Part shown: piece after piece, positions 9,173 through 18,716 of the stretch | Position numbering within the stretch: the first letter of the stretch is position 1 | Layout of the letters: every line of letters begins with the position of its first letter | Origin: an uncultured Chthonomonadaceae bacterium | Lineage (GTDB): Bacteria; Armatimonadota; Chthonomonadetes; Chthonomonadales; Chthonomonadaceae | Length of the DNA: 64,000 nt | NCBI GenBank assembly: GCA_963835065.1 | Contig: CAWIEK010000043.1 | Span: 10,693-74,692, forward strand | Reading direction: 5' to 3' | Position numbers and translations under genes: made by a program | Notes under the pieces: generated by a model | What the model saw: the letters and a program-made list of their open reading frames with translations, nothing else | What the model was told of the DNA's origin: nothing | Databases searched by the model: none

Positions 9173-10510
9173 GTGGCTTTTCCTACAATGCTTTCTGCGC
9201 GACTGGCGTGTCTTATCGGATTGTTGCTGTTCCTACGTTTGCCGTGCCACGCGGGAACGGCAACCGGCGATGTTACAGGGCTTGTGCTTGATAAAGTAAC
9301 CAAAGCGGCCATCATCGGCGCGCAGGTTTCATGCAGTACCCGAACTGCCGTCACGGATAGAACCGGGCGGTACACGCTGACCGGGCTGGCAACCGGCAAT
9401 CGCTTGCTGGCTGTTGCCATGTCCGATTATCAGCCTGCCACTGTTCCGGTTGTGATTGCGGCTCGCGTCCAGATCACCGCGCCGAACGCGCTGCTCAATA
9501 GCGCGTCCACACAATCGCGCGGGCCAAACACCACTATTGCGTGGAACGGCGGGAACTGGTACTTGGCGGGCAACAACTACGCCTGGTGGAACTACGGCAC
9601 GGACTTCGGCACAGGCGGCTTCGGCAAGTACACCAACTTCACTCAGATCAACTCCGACTTCGCCACCATGCACAGCCAGCATGTGACGACAAGCCGCTGG
9701 TTCGTCTTTGCCGATGGGCGCTACTCCCCGGAGTTCGACGGCAGCGGCAACGTGACCGGCTTGGACAGCCAGTTCTTCTCGGACATAGACACCGCCTTGC
9801 AGATCGCCCACAACAACAATGTCTACCTCATCCTCAACCTCGCCGACTTCCTGATGTGGACAGGGCCGCGCACAAGCGGCACGGTCAGCGGCGGCGGACA
9901 CGCTTCGATGGTGACAAACGCGGCGGTGCAGCAAAGTTACCTGGAGAATGCCGTCAAGCCCCTGCTCCAGCATATCGCTGCCAGTCCCTACAAGAACAAC
10001 GTTCTGGCGTATGACATCATCAACGAACCCGAATACACCATCTCCGAGATCACCGGCGGCGGCTTACCCTTAGCGCAGGTGCAGACGTTTGTGAAGAACT
10101 GCGCCACCTACATCCATCAGTACAGTGGCGGCGCGTATGCCACACTTGGCTCAGGAACGCCTCAGTGGGTGGGCTACTGGAAAGGGTTGGGGCTGGACTT
10201 CTACCAACTGCACTACTACCCCAACTTCGACGGCAACGGACCGGGCAGTGGCTTGCCGCCCTATGCCTCTTTGAACCTGGACAAGCCCTGCATTGTGGGC
10301 GAGTTCGCCACCAACGACAACTCCTACACTCTTGGTGACACCACGCCTCTCAGCGCGCAGTGGCACTTGGACACCATCTTCAAGTACGGCTACGCGGGCG
10401 CGTTAGGCTGGAGCTACAACTACCACGACTATGAGGGCAACTGGAACGCCTTTGTCTCTGTCTTCTCCCCCTGGGTCAACGCGCATAGTACGGCTGTGGG
10501 ACCGCAGTAG
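9173..10510 (+). CDS. Secreted clan GH-A (GH5-like) glycoside hydrolase with N-terminal carboxypeptidase-regulatory-like domain
   Basis: AGGAG SD, signal peptide, YDIINEPE and KPCIVGEF catalytic motifs. Confidence 0.8.
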   Translation: MAFPTMLSARLACLIGLLLFLRLPCHAGTATGDVTGLVLDKVTKAAIIGAQVSCSTRTAVTDRTGRYTLTGLATGNRLLAVAMSDYQPATVPVVIAARVQITAPNALLNSASTQSRGPNTTIAWNGGNWYLAGNNYAWWNYGTDFGTGGFGKYTNFTQINSDFATMHSQHVTTSRWFVFADGRYSPEFDGSGNVTGLDSQFFSDIDTALQIAHNNNVYLILNLADFLMWTGPRTSGTVSGGGHASMVTNAAVQQSYLENAVKPLLQHIAASPYKNNVLAYDIINEPEYTISEITGGGLPLAQVQTFVKNCATYIHQYSGGAYATLGSGTPQWVGYWKGLGLDFYQLHYYPNFDGNGPGSGLPPYASLNLDKPCIVGEFATNDNSYTLGDTTPLSAQWHLDTIFKYGYAGALGWSYNYHDYEGNWNAFVSVFSPWVNAHSTAVGPQ

Positions 10511-10523
10511 ACAAGGAGAAATT

Positions 10524-10688
10524 GGGAACCGCGAAACACACGAACTAAACGAAAAGAGGACAAAAAGGAAAGAGAAAAGCATTGAAAGAACCTGATGGGC
10601 GGGCTTCTTAGCTTTGCCTCCTTTTGCCTCTTTGCGGTTCTTTTCGCCTTTCCTTTTTTCGTCTTGGTTCGTGTGTTTCGCGGTTCCC
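10524..10688. repeat. Nested palindromic element with ~9-nt periodicity (AACCGCGAAACACACGAA family)
   Basis: gggaaccgcgaaacacacgaac...gttcgtgtgtttcgcggttccc; internal ctttgcctc...tttgcggtt arm. Confidence 0.85.
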
Positions 10689-10727
10689 TATCTCTCCCCT
10701 CTGCTCCTTACCTTTGGTTGTCATAAC

Positions 10728-11912
10728 TTACGTGTAGATGCGGCCTTTCCAGGCGACATGCGATTTACGCAACGTTTTCCAGAAGGATGCCCATTGAATA
10801 ACAACAAGAGCGGCAATGGAAAGCGGGTGCAGCCAGATGCTATCGCTATGCCCGAACCGCCGCGCCTGCATGATGCGGATCAGCAAAATCAGCGCGATTT
10901 GTACGGCGCAGAGCCAGAGGAAGGGAAAAGGGAAAAGGAAAAAGGAAAAAGAAGCAAACCGAATACCGAATATCGAATACCAAACACCCAATAACAGCCA
11001 CACGAACGGCAGCAGAAACAAAATGGTTTGCAGACCGCTCATTACAATCAGGGGCGCGACGCCGCCCAATCCTTCGTAGGCGTTGCGCGTGAAGCCGTTC
11101 CAGACGGCTTTCCCGCCCGCGTACATGCGGCACGAAATCAACGCGCTGGCATCGCATAATCTTACGGTTCGCCCCGATGCTTTCACGCGCCGCGCTAACT
11201 GTAGGCCGTCGTGAAACGAATGGGGAATGCTGCCGTGCCCGCCCACCGCTTCATACGCTTCGGCGGAAAACAACTCGAATTGCCCACACGCGGCCACCAG
11301 CTGCGGAAACTTGCTTTCCCAAACCATGCGAATCGGCAGAAACGTGATAATCAGAAAATGCAGCATGGGCAGCACGACCCGCTCCGCAAACGTGCCCGTC
11401 ACCTGATAGGGAAACGTGCTGACCATGCCCGCCTGCGTCTGCTGCGCATGGGCAAGGGACGCGCTTAACAGTTCCGGCTTGGCCCGCGTGTCGGCGTCCA
11501 AAAACAGCAGCCAATTCGCGCCCCGCTTCAACGCCTCTTCTCCTAATTGACTGCAAGCCCACACTTTGCCTGCCCATCCCGTTTCAATCGGCTTGCCGCG
11601 CAATAAATGAACGCGATTGTCCCGCGCAGCAATTTCTTCGACAATCGCATCCGTGCCATCGTCCGAACCGTCGTCCAAAACGAGCAGCGTAAACGGCAGG
11701 GCAACTCCTTGCGTCGGCTGCGCCAGCAGTCCGTTCAAACACTCCCCGATGTTTGCCGCCTCATTCCGCGCCGGAATCAGCACAAACAACTTTTCATCGG
11801 GACGCGCCGGGGATAAATCGGGCGGCAAAACGGCATAATCGCGCAGGTTCCGCGCCACTAAAAAGACAAAGTTCAGCAGCAGCAGCGTAACGATGATCTG
11901 GTAAGTAAGCAT
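10728..11912 (-). CDS. Family 2 glycosyltransferase (CrtQ-like, membrane-anchored)
   Basis: LIPARNEA, DDGSDDGT, GWAGK, FLDAD, ACGQF. Confidence 0.9.
   Translation of the reverse strand: MLTYQIIVTLLLLNFVFLVARNLRDYAVLPPDLSPARPDEKLFVLIPARNEAANIGECLNGLLAQPTQGVALPFTLLVLDDGSDDGTDAIVEEIAARDNRVHLLRGKPIETGWAGKVWACSQLGEEALKRGANWLLFLDADTRAKPELLSASLAHAQQTQAGMVSTFPYQVTGTFAERVVLPMLHFLIITFLPIRMVWESKFPQLVAACGQFELFSAEAYEAVGGHGSIPHSFHDGLQLARRVKASGRTVRLCDASALISCRMYAGGKAVWNGFTRNAYEGLGGVAPLIVMSGLQTILFLLPFVWLLLGVWYSIFGIRFASFSFFLFPFPFLWLCAVQIALILLIRIMQARRFGHSDSIWLHPLSIAALVVIQWASFWKTLRKSHVAWKGRIYT
10921..10985 (-). repeat. In-frame heptamer repeats (GGTATTC, TTTTCCC) in GT2 C-terminal membrane region
   Basis: Encodes VWYSIFGIRFASFSFFLFPFPF. 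Confidence 0.7.
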
Positions 11913-11915
11913 CTT

Positions 11916-12027
11916 TAGATATTAGATATTAGATATTAGATATTAGTAAATTTCTCATTCTTTAACCTCTTTAGCGAAGAGTAAAGGTTATGGAGCAGTT
12001 TCCACTAATATCTAATATCTAATATCT
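11916..12027. repeat. Heptamer repeat hairpin (TATTAGA/TCTAATA)
   Basis: (tagatat)x4...(ctaatat)x3, filling most of the intergenic gap. Confidence 0.9.
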
Positions 12028-12039
12028 TCCTGACCCTCC

Positions 12040-13089
12040 CTAAATGGATTTCAGATACTGCAGCAGCAGGCGGGCGAGTTCGTGGGGGGCATCGCGGTGC
12101 ATGATTTCGTAGCCGTGCGAGTTTTCCACCGGCAGGCCGAGGGTGACGGGGCGGGCGCACAAGCCTTTGGCCGCCGCGCAGCTTGCGTCGCTGCCGCCCC
12201 GCGATAGATATTGCCAGTGCGGGGTTTGGCCCAACTCGCGGCAGCAGTCGGCCAGCAGGTCGCCGTCCTGCGCCTGCATCGCCGCATAACCGTCACGTAC
12301 CCAGAGGGTCGGCTGCGCGTCAATGGGAAAATCCGCGTCCGTCGTTTTCGGGCCGATTTCCAGCGCAATGCAGATGTCGGGCGGCTTTTGGTTCATAATC
12401 CACAACGCGCCCTCGCCGCCCACTTCTTCGGATGCGGTGGCGGCAAAGGTAAGCTGCCCGTAACTCGCGTTTGGGTTTCCCGCCTGCGCTTGCAGCATTT
12501 CCAGCGCGAGCAGCATCACGGCAATGTCCGCCCGGTCATCCAGAAAATACCCGGATACAAACGCGCCGAACTCCGTCAGGCCACGCCGGGAGGGAGACAG
12601 CACAACGCGCAGGCCGACGCGAACGCCCTTTGCTTCCAGTTCCGTCCGGTTCATTCCCGTAAAAATGTAAGCGCGATCCCACGTCAGGGGATTGTGGCGG
12701 GCGTGTTCGGCAACGCTTTTTTCGTTGTTGGTGTGGATGCCGCCGAAGGATAGAATTCCCGGTACAGCGCCCTCCCGCGTTAAAATGTCCATCGGCCCCT
12801 CGCCCCACTTCCACGGGTACGAGCCGCCATACGCCGCCACCCGGATTTTGCCGTCCTCTTCGATGTTGGTAATCATCAGGGCGATCTCGTCCATGTGCGC
12901 GGTGACAAGCACATTCGGACCATCGGCGCGGCCTTGCAGACGAACGACGACATTGCCTTTAACATCCGTTTCGGGCGCGTACCCAACTGTGGTAAGCCGC
13001 TGCATCACCCACGCGGCAACGGCTTTTTCCTCACCGGGCGGGCCAATCAAAGCAATCAGTTGACGTATCAATTCGGTGCTGTCAGTCAT
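12040..13089 (-). CDS. M42/M20/M28-family metallo-aminopeptidase
   Basis: AHMDEI, LDDRA, SEEVG, GGSDA, NSHGYE. Confidence 0.9.
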   Translation of the reverse strand: MTDSTELIRQLIALIGPPGEEKAVAAWVMQRLTTVGYAPETDVKGNVVVRLQGRADGPNVLVTAHMDEIALMITNIEEDGKIRVAAYGGSYPWKWGEGPMDILTREGAVPGILSFGGIHTNNEKSVAEHARHNPLTWDRAYIFTGMNRTELEAKGVRVGLRVVLSPSRRGLTEFGAFVSGYFLDDRADIAVMLLALEMLQAQAGNPNASYGQLTFAATASEEVGGEGALWIMNQKPPDICIALEIGPKTTDADFPIDAQPTLWVRDGYAAMQAQDGDLLADCCRELGQTPHWQYLSRGGSDASCAAAKGLCARPVTLGLPVENSHGYEIMHRDAPHELARLLLQYLKSI

Positions 13090-13215
13090 AAGTAGGGACA
13101 GAACTCCTTTGGAACAGTGCGTATCAACTGTGCATACGTACAAGTCCGCGCAGGAAGCGTCAGGGGCAATGGCGAAACTGAATCCAACGCGAGAAATTCA
13201 GGAGGGAAGAAACGG

Positions 13216-14530
13216 ATGCTGACACGCCGCAAACTGCTGCAAGCCACTGCGCTGACTACATTGGGAATGAACGCTATGACCGAGACTGCCGAAGCGTCCC
13301 TTCGCGCCGAGGCTTTGCCTGTCTGCCGATGCTCTGCCTTCCACCGGAACTTTCAATCCTGACCTGCAAAGTTTCGACGACACCATGACGGAATTTATGC
13401 AGAAGCGCAATGTTCCGGGCGGGGCGCTTGCGGTCGTGAAGGACGGGAAGTTGGTGTATGCGCGGGGGTATGGGTACGCGGACAAGGACGCGGGGCAGCG
13501 CGTTCAGCCCGGTTCGCTGTTTCGTATCGCCAGCATTTCCAAGCCGATTACCGCTGTGGCGATTATGACGCTGGTACAAAACCCGCGTACCAAACTGACG
13601 CTGGATACCCGCGTGTTTCCCCTGCTCGGCCTCGCGCCGCATCTGGAACCCGGCGCGAAATTCGACCCGCGCCTCGACGCTATCACCGTCCGCAACCTGC
13701 TTCAGCATACGGGCGGCTGGGACCGGGACAAGTCCGGCGACCCGATGTTCATGCCGCTTGAAATCGCCCATGCTGTCGGTACGCCCGCGCCCGCCGACCC
13801 TCACGCGATTATCCGCTACATGCTCGGAAAACTTCTGGACACCGATCCCGGTACGCGCTACGCTTACTCCAACTTCGGCTATTGCGTGTTGGGGCGCGTG
13901 ATCGAAAAGGTGACGGGCCTGCCTTATGGAACTTATGTGCAGCAAAATGTTCTCGCGCCCCTGCACATCCACAACATGGCTTTGGGACGTTCGCTGCGCA
14001 AGTACCGGCACCCAAACGAGGTTTGCTACTATCAGCCCGGCGCAACCACCACGTCGGTTTTCCCGGAGTCAAAGGGCGAAGAAGTTTCCTGGTGCTACGG
14101 CGGCTTCAACCTTGAAGCGCTGGACGCGCACGGCGGCTGGCTGTCGTCAGCGGTTGATCTGGTTCGTTTTGCGAGTGGATTGGACGCGCCGCAGGGCAAG
14201 CCGCTGCTGACGCCCGAAAGCGCTCGCGCCATGTACGCCCGTCCCGAATCCCTGACGAGCAAGGAGGACAAAACCAGCCCGGTATACTATGGCTTTGGGT
14301 GGCAGGTGCGCGAAGTGGGAACTGAAGCGCAGAATCGGCGCAACATCTGGCACACGGGCAGCCTGCCGGGTACAAGCACCTGGCTGATTCGCCGCTGGGA
14401 CGGCCTGACCTGGGCCGCGCTGTTCAATCAGCGTTCGGAGTCGGACGGCGAAATTGACAGCGCCCTGCATGTTGCCGCCGACAAAGTAAAAATCTGGCCC
14501 GCAGGCGATCTGTTCAACAGGAACGGGTGA
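13216..14530 (+). CDS. Tat-exported serine hydrolase, beta-lactamase family (one apparent frameshift near 13330)
   Basis: LTRRKLL Tat signal in an upstream frame; FRIASISK, YSNFGY, WHTGS. Confidence 0.85.
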
Positions 14531-14588
14531 TGAATGATGAATGATGAGTGATGAATGGAATTCTGATTCATCGTTCAGCACTCAGCAT
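14528..14588. repeat. Heptamer repeat hairpin (TGATGAA/TTCAGCA type)
   Basis: tgatgaatgatgaatgatgagtgatgaat...attcatcgttcagcactcagca. Confidence 0.8.
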
Positions 14589-14654
14589 TATCGCGCTAAT
14601 CAGGAGTTTACTTGAAATTCTCAGTCACGGTGACGGAGTACGTGGGCAGCAGGG

Positions 14655-14920
14655 GCGATGCCTCTAAAGGGGAAGGGAATATATAGAGGCATCGTCGAAA
14701 TCTTGGCAATACAGCGCTTCCAGCCCGATGTCTCGTTGTGTCAGATTGTAGGAGAGAGGCGTCGTGACCTCGTAAGCGTCAGGGCGAACGGGGAGAGGGT
14801 ACAGGCATCTTCTTTGCACCTCCCTTCCGGGTTAGATTGTTGCGAGTTGCGAGTTCCTCATTGCGAGGAACTCCGAACTTTCAACGGCTCGCCACCTGGC
14901 TGATTAGTAGACGTGTGTAA
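14655..14920 (-). ncRNA. Candidate structured ncRNA / micro-ORF transcript, copy 1
   Basis: Block-wise identity to 48104-48360 (52 nt identical at 14693-14744), ECF-type promoter, terminal hairpin 14656-14694. Confidence 0.65.
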
Positions 14921-14924
14921 GTGT

Positions 14925-14952
14925 TTAGACGAGATGGAGGCCAAAAAGGTTC
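14925..14952 (-). promoter_or_regulatory. ECF-type promoter GAACC-N16-CGTCTAA
   Basis: Boxes and spacing identical to 48070-48097 while the spacer differs. Confidence 0.65.
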
Positions 14953-15092
14953 GTTGTTTCTGTGATTTCTGCCAATATTTTTCTACATATTTTTCTACTT
15001 TTTGGCGTGTTCTTTGTGGCTGTGGCAACCTGCTCTGTTTCGGTATAGGCAATTGTTTGCCGCGCGTCCAAGTGGAAGTCTGGAACATCGTT

Positions 15093-16322
15093 ATGCTGGA
15101 AGCCTTTCCGCAACAAAGCAATTCCTACACCCGACGCGAACACTGGTTCGCTCTCCTCCTTGCCGCCTCGCTCACAGGAGTCGTTTTGTGCAGGACGCAT
15201 TTGCTGACAGATGCTCATCCCGCGTTCGCCCTATCAATTGACCACCACAAATACCTCTACATGGCGCAAGAGCCGTTGACCTTTCATGTCGCGCCTTTTT
15301 GCTGGCGCATACTGGTTCCGCTGCTGGCGCGGGCGCTGCCGTTCCCGCTTGCCACAAACTTCCTGCTGATTAGTGTGGTCGCCGTTTGTCTGATGGGAAG
15401 CGGGATGGTGCGCCTCGCCAGGAATTTAGGACACACGGACACGCTGGCTTTTAGCGCGGCGAGCCTGCTGTTTACGGTGGGATGGGCCACGAAGTTTGTG
15501 CTGCAAGATTTCTGGCTGCCCGATGCGCTGGCGTTTTGCCTGACGGTCTGGGCTATGGTTTGCCTCGTAGAGAGGAGAACACTTGCGTTTGTCGTTCTGC
15601 TCACGGTCGGCGTGTGCGTGAAAGAGAGTGTCTTCTTCGTCGGCCCGCTTTGCTTTCATTTTCTGCCGGAGGAGCTACGCGGGTGGCGGCGCTGGAAACG
15701 GACACTACAAATGCTGCTGCCTGCCGTGCTGACAATCGCCGCCCTGCATGGAGCCATTCCTGCCCGCAACAGCGACGCCGCCTATATGGCTTCGCTACCC
15801 CAACAATTGCGGGACGTTCAGCCCGGACTGCATTCTTATGCGCCCGGTGAGTTGTTCGCCTTGAATGGAGCGCCGCGCCTTCAACACGTTACCCTGCATG
15901 ATCTCTCTCGCTATACACTCGGCACTTTCGGCGTCCTGATGGTTGCTTTGCCTTGTCTGGCCGCGCGAAATCGGCATGTGTTATGGCAGTTCGCCCCGTT
16001 TCTGCTGTTGGTGTACGCCCAGATATTATTTGCTTCCAATGTCGAGCGTCTGGCGGCAGCCGGATTTCCGGTGTTTATTCTAATGGCTATGAACGGCTTG
16101 GAAAGCGTCCAAAAACACTTTGCGCTTCCCGAATGGTTGCTGGTTCTTTTGCCCCTGCCCTTTGTGGCACTCATTCTGATTGACATAGACCGGAAGCAGG
16201 CTCCCTTAGCTGTACAGGGTGGGCTGTTTTGCGGCCTTGTCGTCACCCTTATAGGCTGGCATCTGCTGGCTCGAAAATTTCCCCTCAATTCAAAGGCTGC
16301 ACGTTCTGATACGTCAAAATGA
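15093..16322 (+). CDS. Polytopic membrane protein, possibly GT-C-like
   Basis: ~10 hydrophobic segments; PFCWRILVP, PDAL, VKES motifs. Confidence 0.65.
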   Translation: MLEAFPQQSNSYTRREHWFALLLAASLTGVVLCRTHLLTDAHPAFALSIDHHKYLYMAQEPLTFHVAPFCWRILVPLLARALPFPLATNFLLISVVAVCLMGSGMVRLARNLGHTDTLAFSAASLLFTVGWATKFVLQDFWLPDALAFCLTVWAMVCLVERRTLAFVVLLTVGVCVKESVFFVGPLCFHFLPEELRGWRRWKRTLQMLLPAVLTIAALHGAIPARNSDAAYMASLPQQLRDVQPGLHSYAPGELFALNGAPRLQHVTLHDLSRYTLGTFGVLMVALPCLAARNRHVLWQFAPFLLLVYAQILFASNVERLAAAGFPVFILMAMNGLESVQKHFALPEWLLVLLPLPFVALILIDIDRKQAPLAVQGGLFCGLVVTLIGWHLLARKFPLNSKAARSDTSK

Positions 16323-16341
16323 ATTCGGCGTTACGGCGCTT

Positions 16342-16470
16342 ATGCGGAGCGCCGAAAGAAGCAACGCGGAACTAACCAAGTTTCTTCTTGAAAGCGGAGC
16401 GGAAGTCAACGCCCGAACGAGACACGGGGAAATGGCTTTTATTGAGGCGGCTAAGACGGATCAAACGGCT
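16342..16470 (+). pseudogene. Ankyrin-repeat fragment
   Basis: LTKFLLESGAEVNAR...G..A. Confidence 0.45.
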
Positions 16471-16531
16471 ACGATAGAGAAGCCCCGGCGTTTATGCCTG
16501 AGGAGCAGTCACCTTCCCGTAATGTTGACAG

Positions 16532-16559
16532 TTTAGGCAGGGGCGGCGTATACCGATAA
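16532..16559 (+). promoter_or_regulatory. Putative sigma28 promoter TTTA-N16-ACCGATAA
   Basis: Close to GCCGATAA -10; same spacing as the flgM and DGC promoters. Confidence 0.45.
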
Positions 16560-16603
16560 CCTGGGTGCGTGTCGGAGCCTTTCACAGGGAAAGGAGTTCA
16601 CCA

Positions 16604-16792
16604 ATGAACATCAATACGACACCAAATCGCATCGAGTATAAGCCCATTGCCAATCGCGTCGAACCCAACAAGCCGGTTCTCAACCGCGTTTTGCCGAACA
16701 AGCCTGTAGAAAACCGCATACAGCATCAGGAAGTCGCCAACCGCGTCCTTCCGAACAAGGCGGTCGAGAACCGGGTAGACCTTTCGGCGTGA
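16604..16792 (+). CDS. 62-aa protein built of ~10-aa repeats (NRVxPNKPVx), ending NRVDLSA
   Basis: AAGGAG SD, ATG 16604, six NR(I/V) repeat units. Confidence 0.75.
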   Translation: MNINTTPNRIEYKPIANRVEPNKPVLNRVLPNKPVENRIQHQEVANRVLPNKAVENRVDLSA

Positions 16793-16930
16793 ACAGCAAC
16801 GGGATAAATCAAAAAGAAGACGTGGGCGCTGTCGCATAAAAACGGCAGTGCCTGCGTCTTCTTTTGGCTTCATTAGCATCAGGCGAAAACCAGCCCATAC
16901 GACGTAATCACTCATACCAAATTCGCGGAA

Positions 16931-17380
16931 CTACAATTCGAGAATTTCTCGTTTTAGTTGCTGGCGTTCCTGCTCGGTAGATGTTCGCAGCGTGATACTG
17001 CATGTGGAAGTTTCATCCAGTGTCTCTCTTTGCTCTAAAGAAACCGCGTCCCGTATCCAGTTGAAGTAGATGGTAGTGGCCTTTACATCTATCACAAGGA
17101 TTAAGACAGGGATGTTCATACTCAACAGTCTTTTCGCTTGAGAAGAAGGGAAGGAGAAACGATCTTTTATCTCCCGCTCTGTGGCTTTAACCTCAACCGC
17201 AGTAACGACAATGGTTCCATCCGATTTCTGAAAGAAAGCCATGTAATCAATGCCCAAGTCTAAATCCTGCATTGGCGATAGATTGCACGGTTCAAGTTCC
17301 AAAAGGAATTCCTGTGCCAGTAACTCGCCACGACGCGCTACGTACCATGCTTTGTTTTTCTGTTCTATCATGTCTATCAT
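16931..17380 (-). CDS. DUF4365-like PD-(D/E)xK-fold protein
   Basis: RGELLA, DLGID, VEVKAT, IPVLILVIDV. Confidence 0.6.
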   Translation of the reverse strand: MIDMIEQKNKAWYVARRGELLAQEFLLELEPCNLSPMQDLDLGIDYMAFFQKSDGTIVVTAVEVKATEREIKDRFSFPSSQAKRLLSMNIPVLILVIDVKATTIYFNWIRDAVSLEQRETLDETSTCSITLRTSTEQERQQLKREILEL

Positions 17381-17417
17381 TTGAAAGACGCCTCTTGCCA
17401 TATCGAAAGCAAATTAC

Positions 17418-18406
17418 TCACTCCCACGCGCCGATGTACATCACTTCTTCTTCCAATAACACGCCGAATTTTTCCTGAACTCGCGCTTTCACATGCTCTG
17501 CGACGTGCCGTACATCGCTTGCCGTCGCGTTGCCTAAATTGACCAGAAAATTGCCGTGCTGCCGCGAAATGGCCGCGCCGCCGACCCGGTAGCCCTTGCA
17601 GCCACACGCTTCCGATAAATACCCGGCGGGAACCACGCCTTTTTGCTTCATCGGTTCGGGCAAGTTGGGCAGTTTTTGCGCCAGTTCCAGATCGTTGACG
17701 TTTTTGAAGAAACTGCCGGCTGAGGGTTCCCAGGGCTGTTTCAAAATGCGCTGCATTTGCAGGTCTTTGGCTTTCAGGCGGATTTGTGTTTTGGGCGCGG
17801 GCGTCAGGCGCAGGCGGGCGGCGAGCAGAGTGGCGGGACGCAGGTTGTCGCGGCGCAGGCGACTGTCGCGGTACGAAAACTCCATCCACTCCGGCCCGAC
17901 CCATTTGCGCTCGCCCCGCTCCACCACTTCGACGGCTTCCACCAGATCGCAGATGTTGGCGCGGTAGGCTCCCGCATTGGACACCAGCGCGCCCCCGACC
18001 GTGCCCGGTATGCCTACCGCGAATTCCAGTCCCGGACAGTTCCGCCCGCATGGTTTTTACAAACAAGCGCATGAAGTTGTGTCCCGCATCCACGCGGGTT
18101 TCCGTTCCGATTTCCGCTTCCTGACAGGCGTTGCGCAGCACCATGCCGCGTATGCCCGCATCGCTGACGCACACATTACTGCCCTCGCCGAGTACGAAAT
18201 GCGGCAGTCGGTACGCCTGCGCCACTTCCGCCACTTCCGCCAGCGCGTCTACTTGCGTGGCGTTCAAAAAGTAATCGGCAGGCCCGCCCACGCGCAAACT
18301 GGTATGCCGGCGCATCGGCTCCTCCCGCCGTCACTAGAGCGCGCGTTTCTTCCGAAAGACACGCCAGCGCGTCCTCCCATGTTCCCATTCGAGTCATCGT
18401 TGTCAT
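17418..18406 (-). CDS. murB: UDP-N-acetylmuramate dehydrogenase (two apparent frameshifts)
   Basis: HTSLRVGGPAD, LGEGSN, NAGAY, FSYRDS, SAGSFFKN, HGNFLVN spread over three frames. Confidence 0.9.
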
Positions 18407-18438
18407 AGCAGCATTTTAACACAAACCGCAGAGGAATT

Positions 18439-18713
18439 GAACCACGGGGAACACGGGAGAACACGGAGAGAAGAAGGGGAAAGACATTAGAGAGTGGAAA
18501 CCGCGAAACACGCTAAATAAACGAAAAGAATCCAAAAACAAAAGGAACCGCAAAGAGGCAAAGAAGGCAAAGAAGAGAAAATCGTTTACAAAGATTTTTT
18601 CAACGCTTTTCTTTTGTCCTTTTGTTCTTTTTTCGTTTATTTCGTGTGTTTCGCGGTTCCTCTCTCCTATCTCCTTCCTCTTCTCTCTGTGTTCTCCGTG
18701 TTCTCCGTGGTTC
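18439..18713. repeat. Triple-nested palindromic element with ~9-nt periodicity
   Basis: Outer aaccacgg..aacacgg/ccgtgttctccgtggtt, middle aaccgcgaaacac/gtgtttcgcggtt (18499-18658), inner aaccgcaaagaggcaaag arm (18546). Confidence 0.9.
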
Positions 18714-18716
18714 GTT

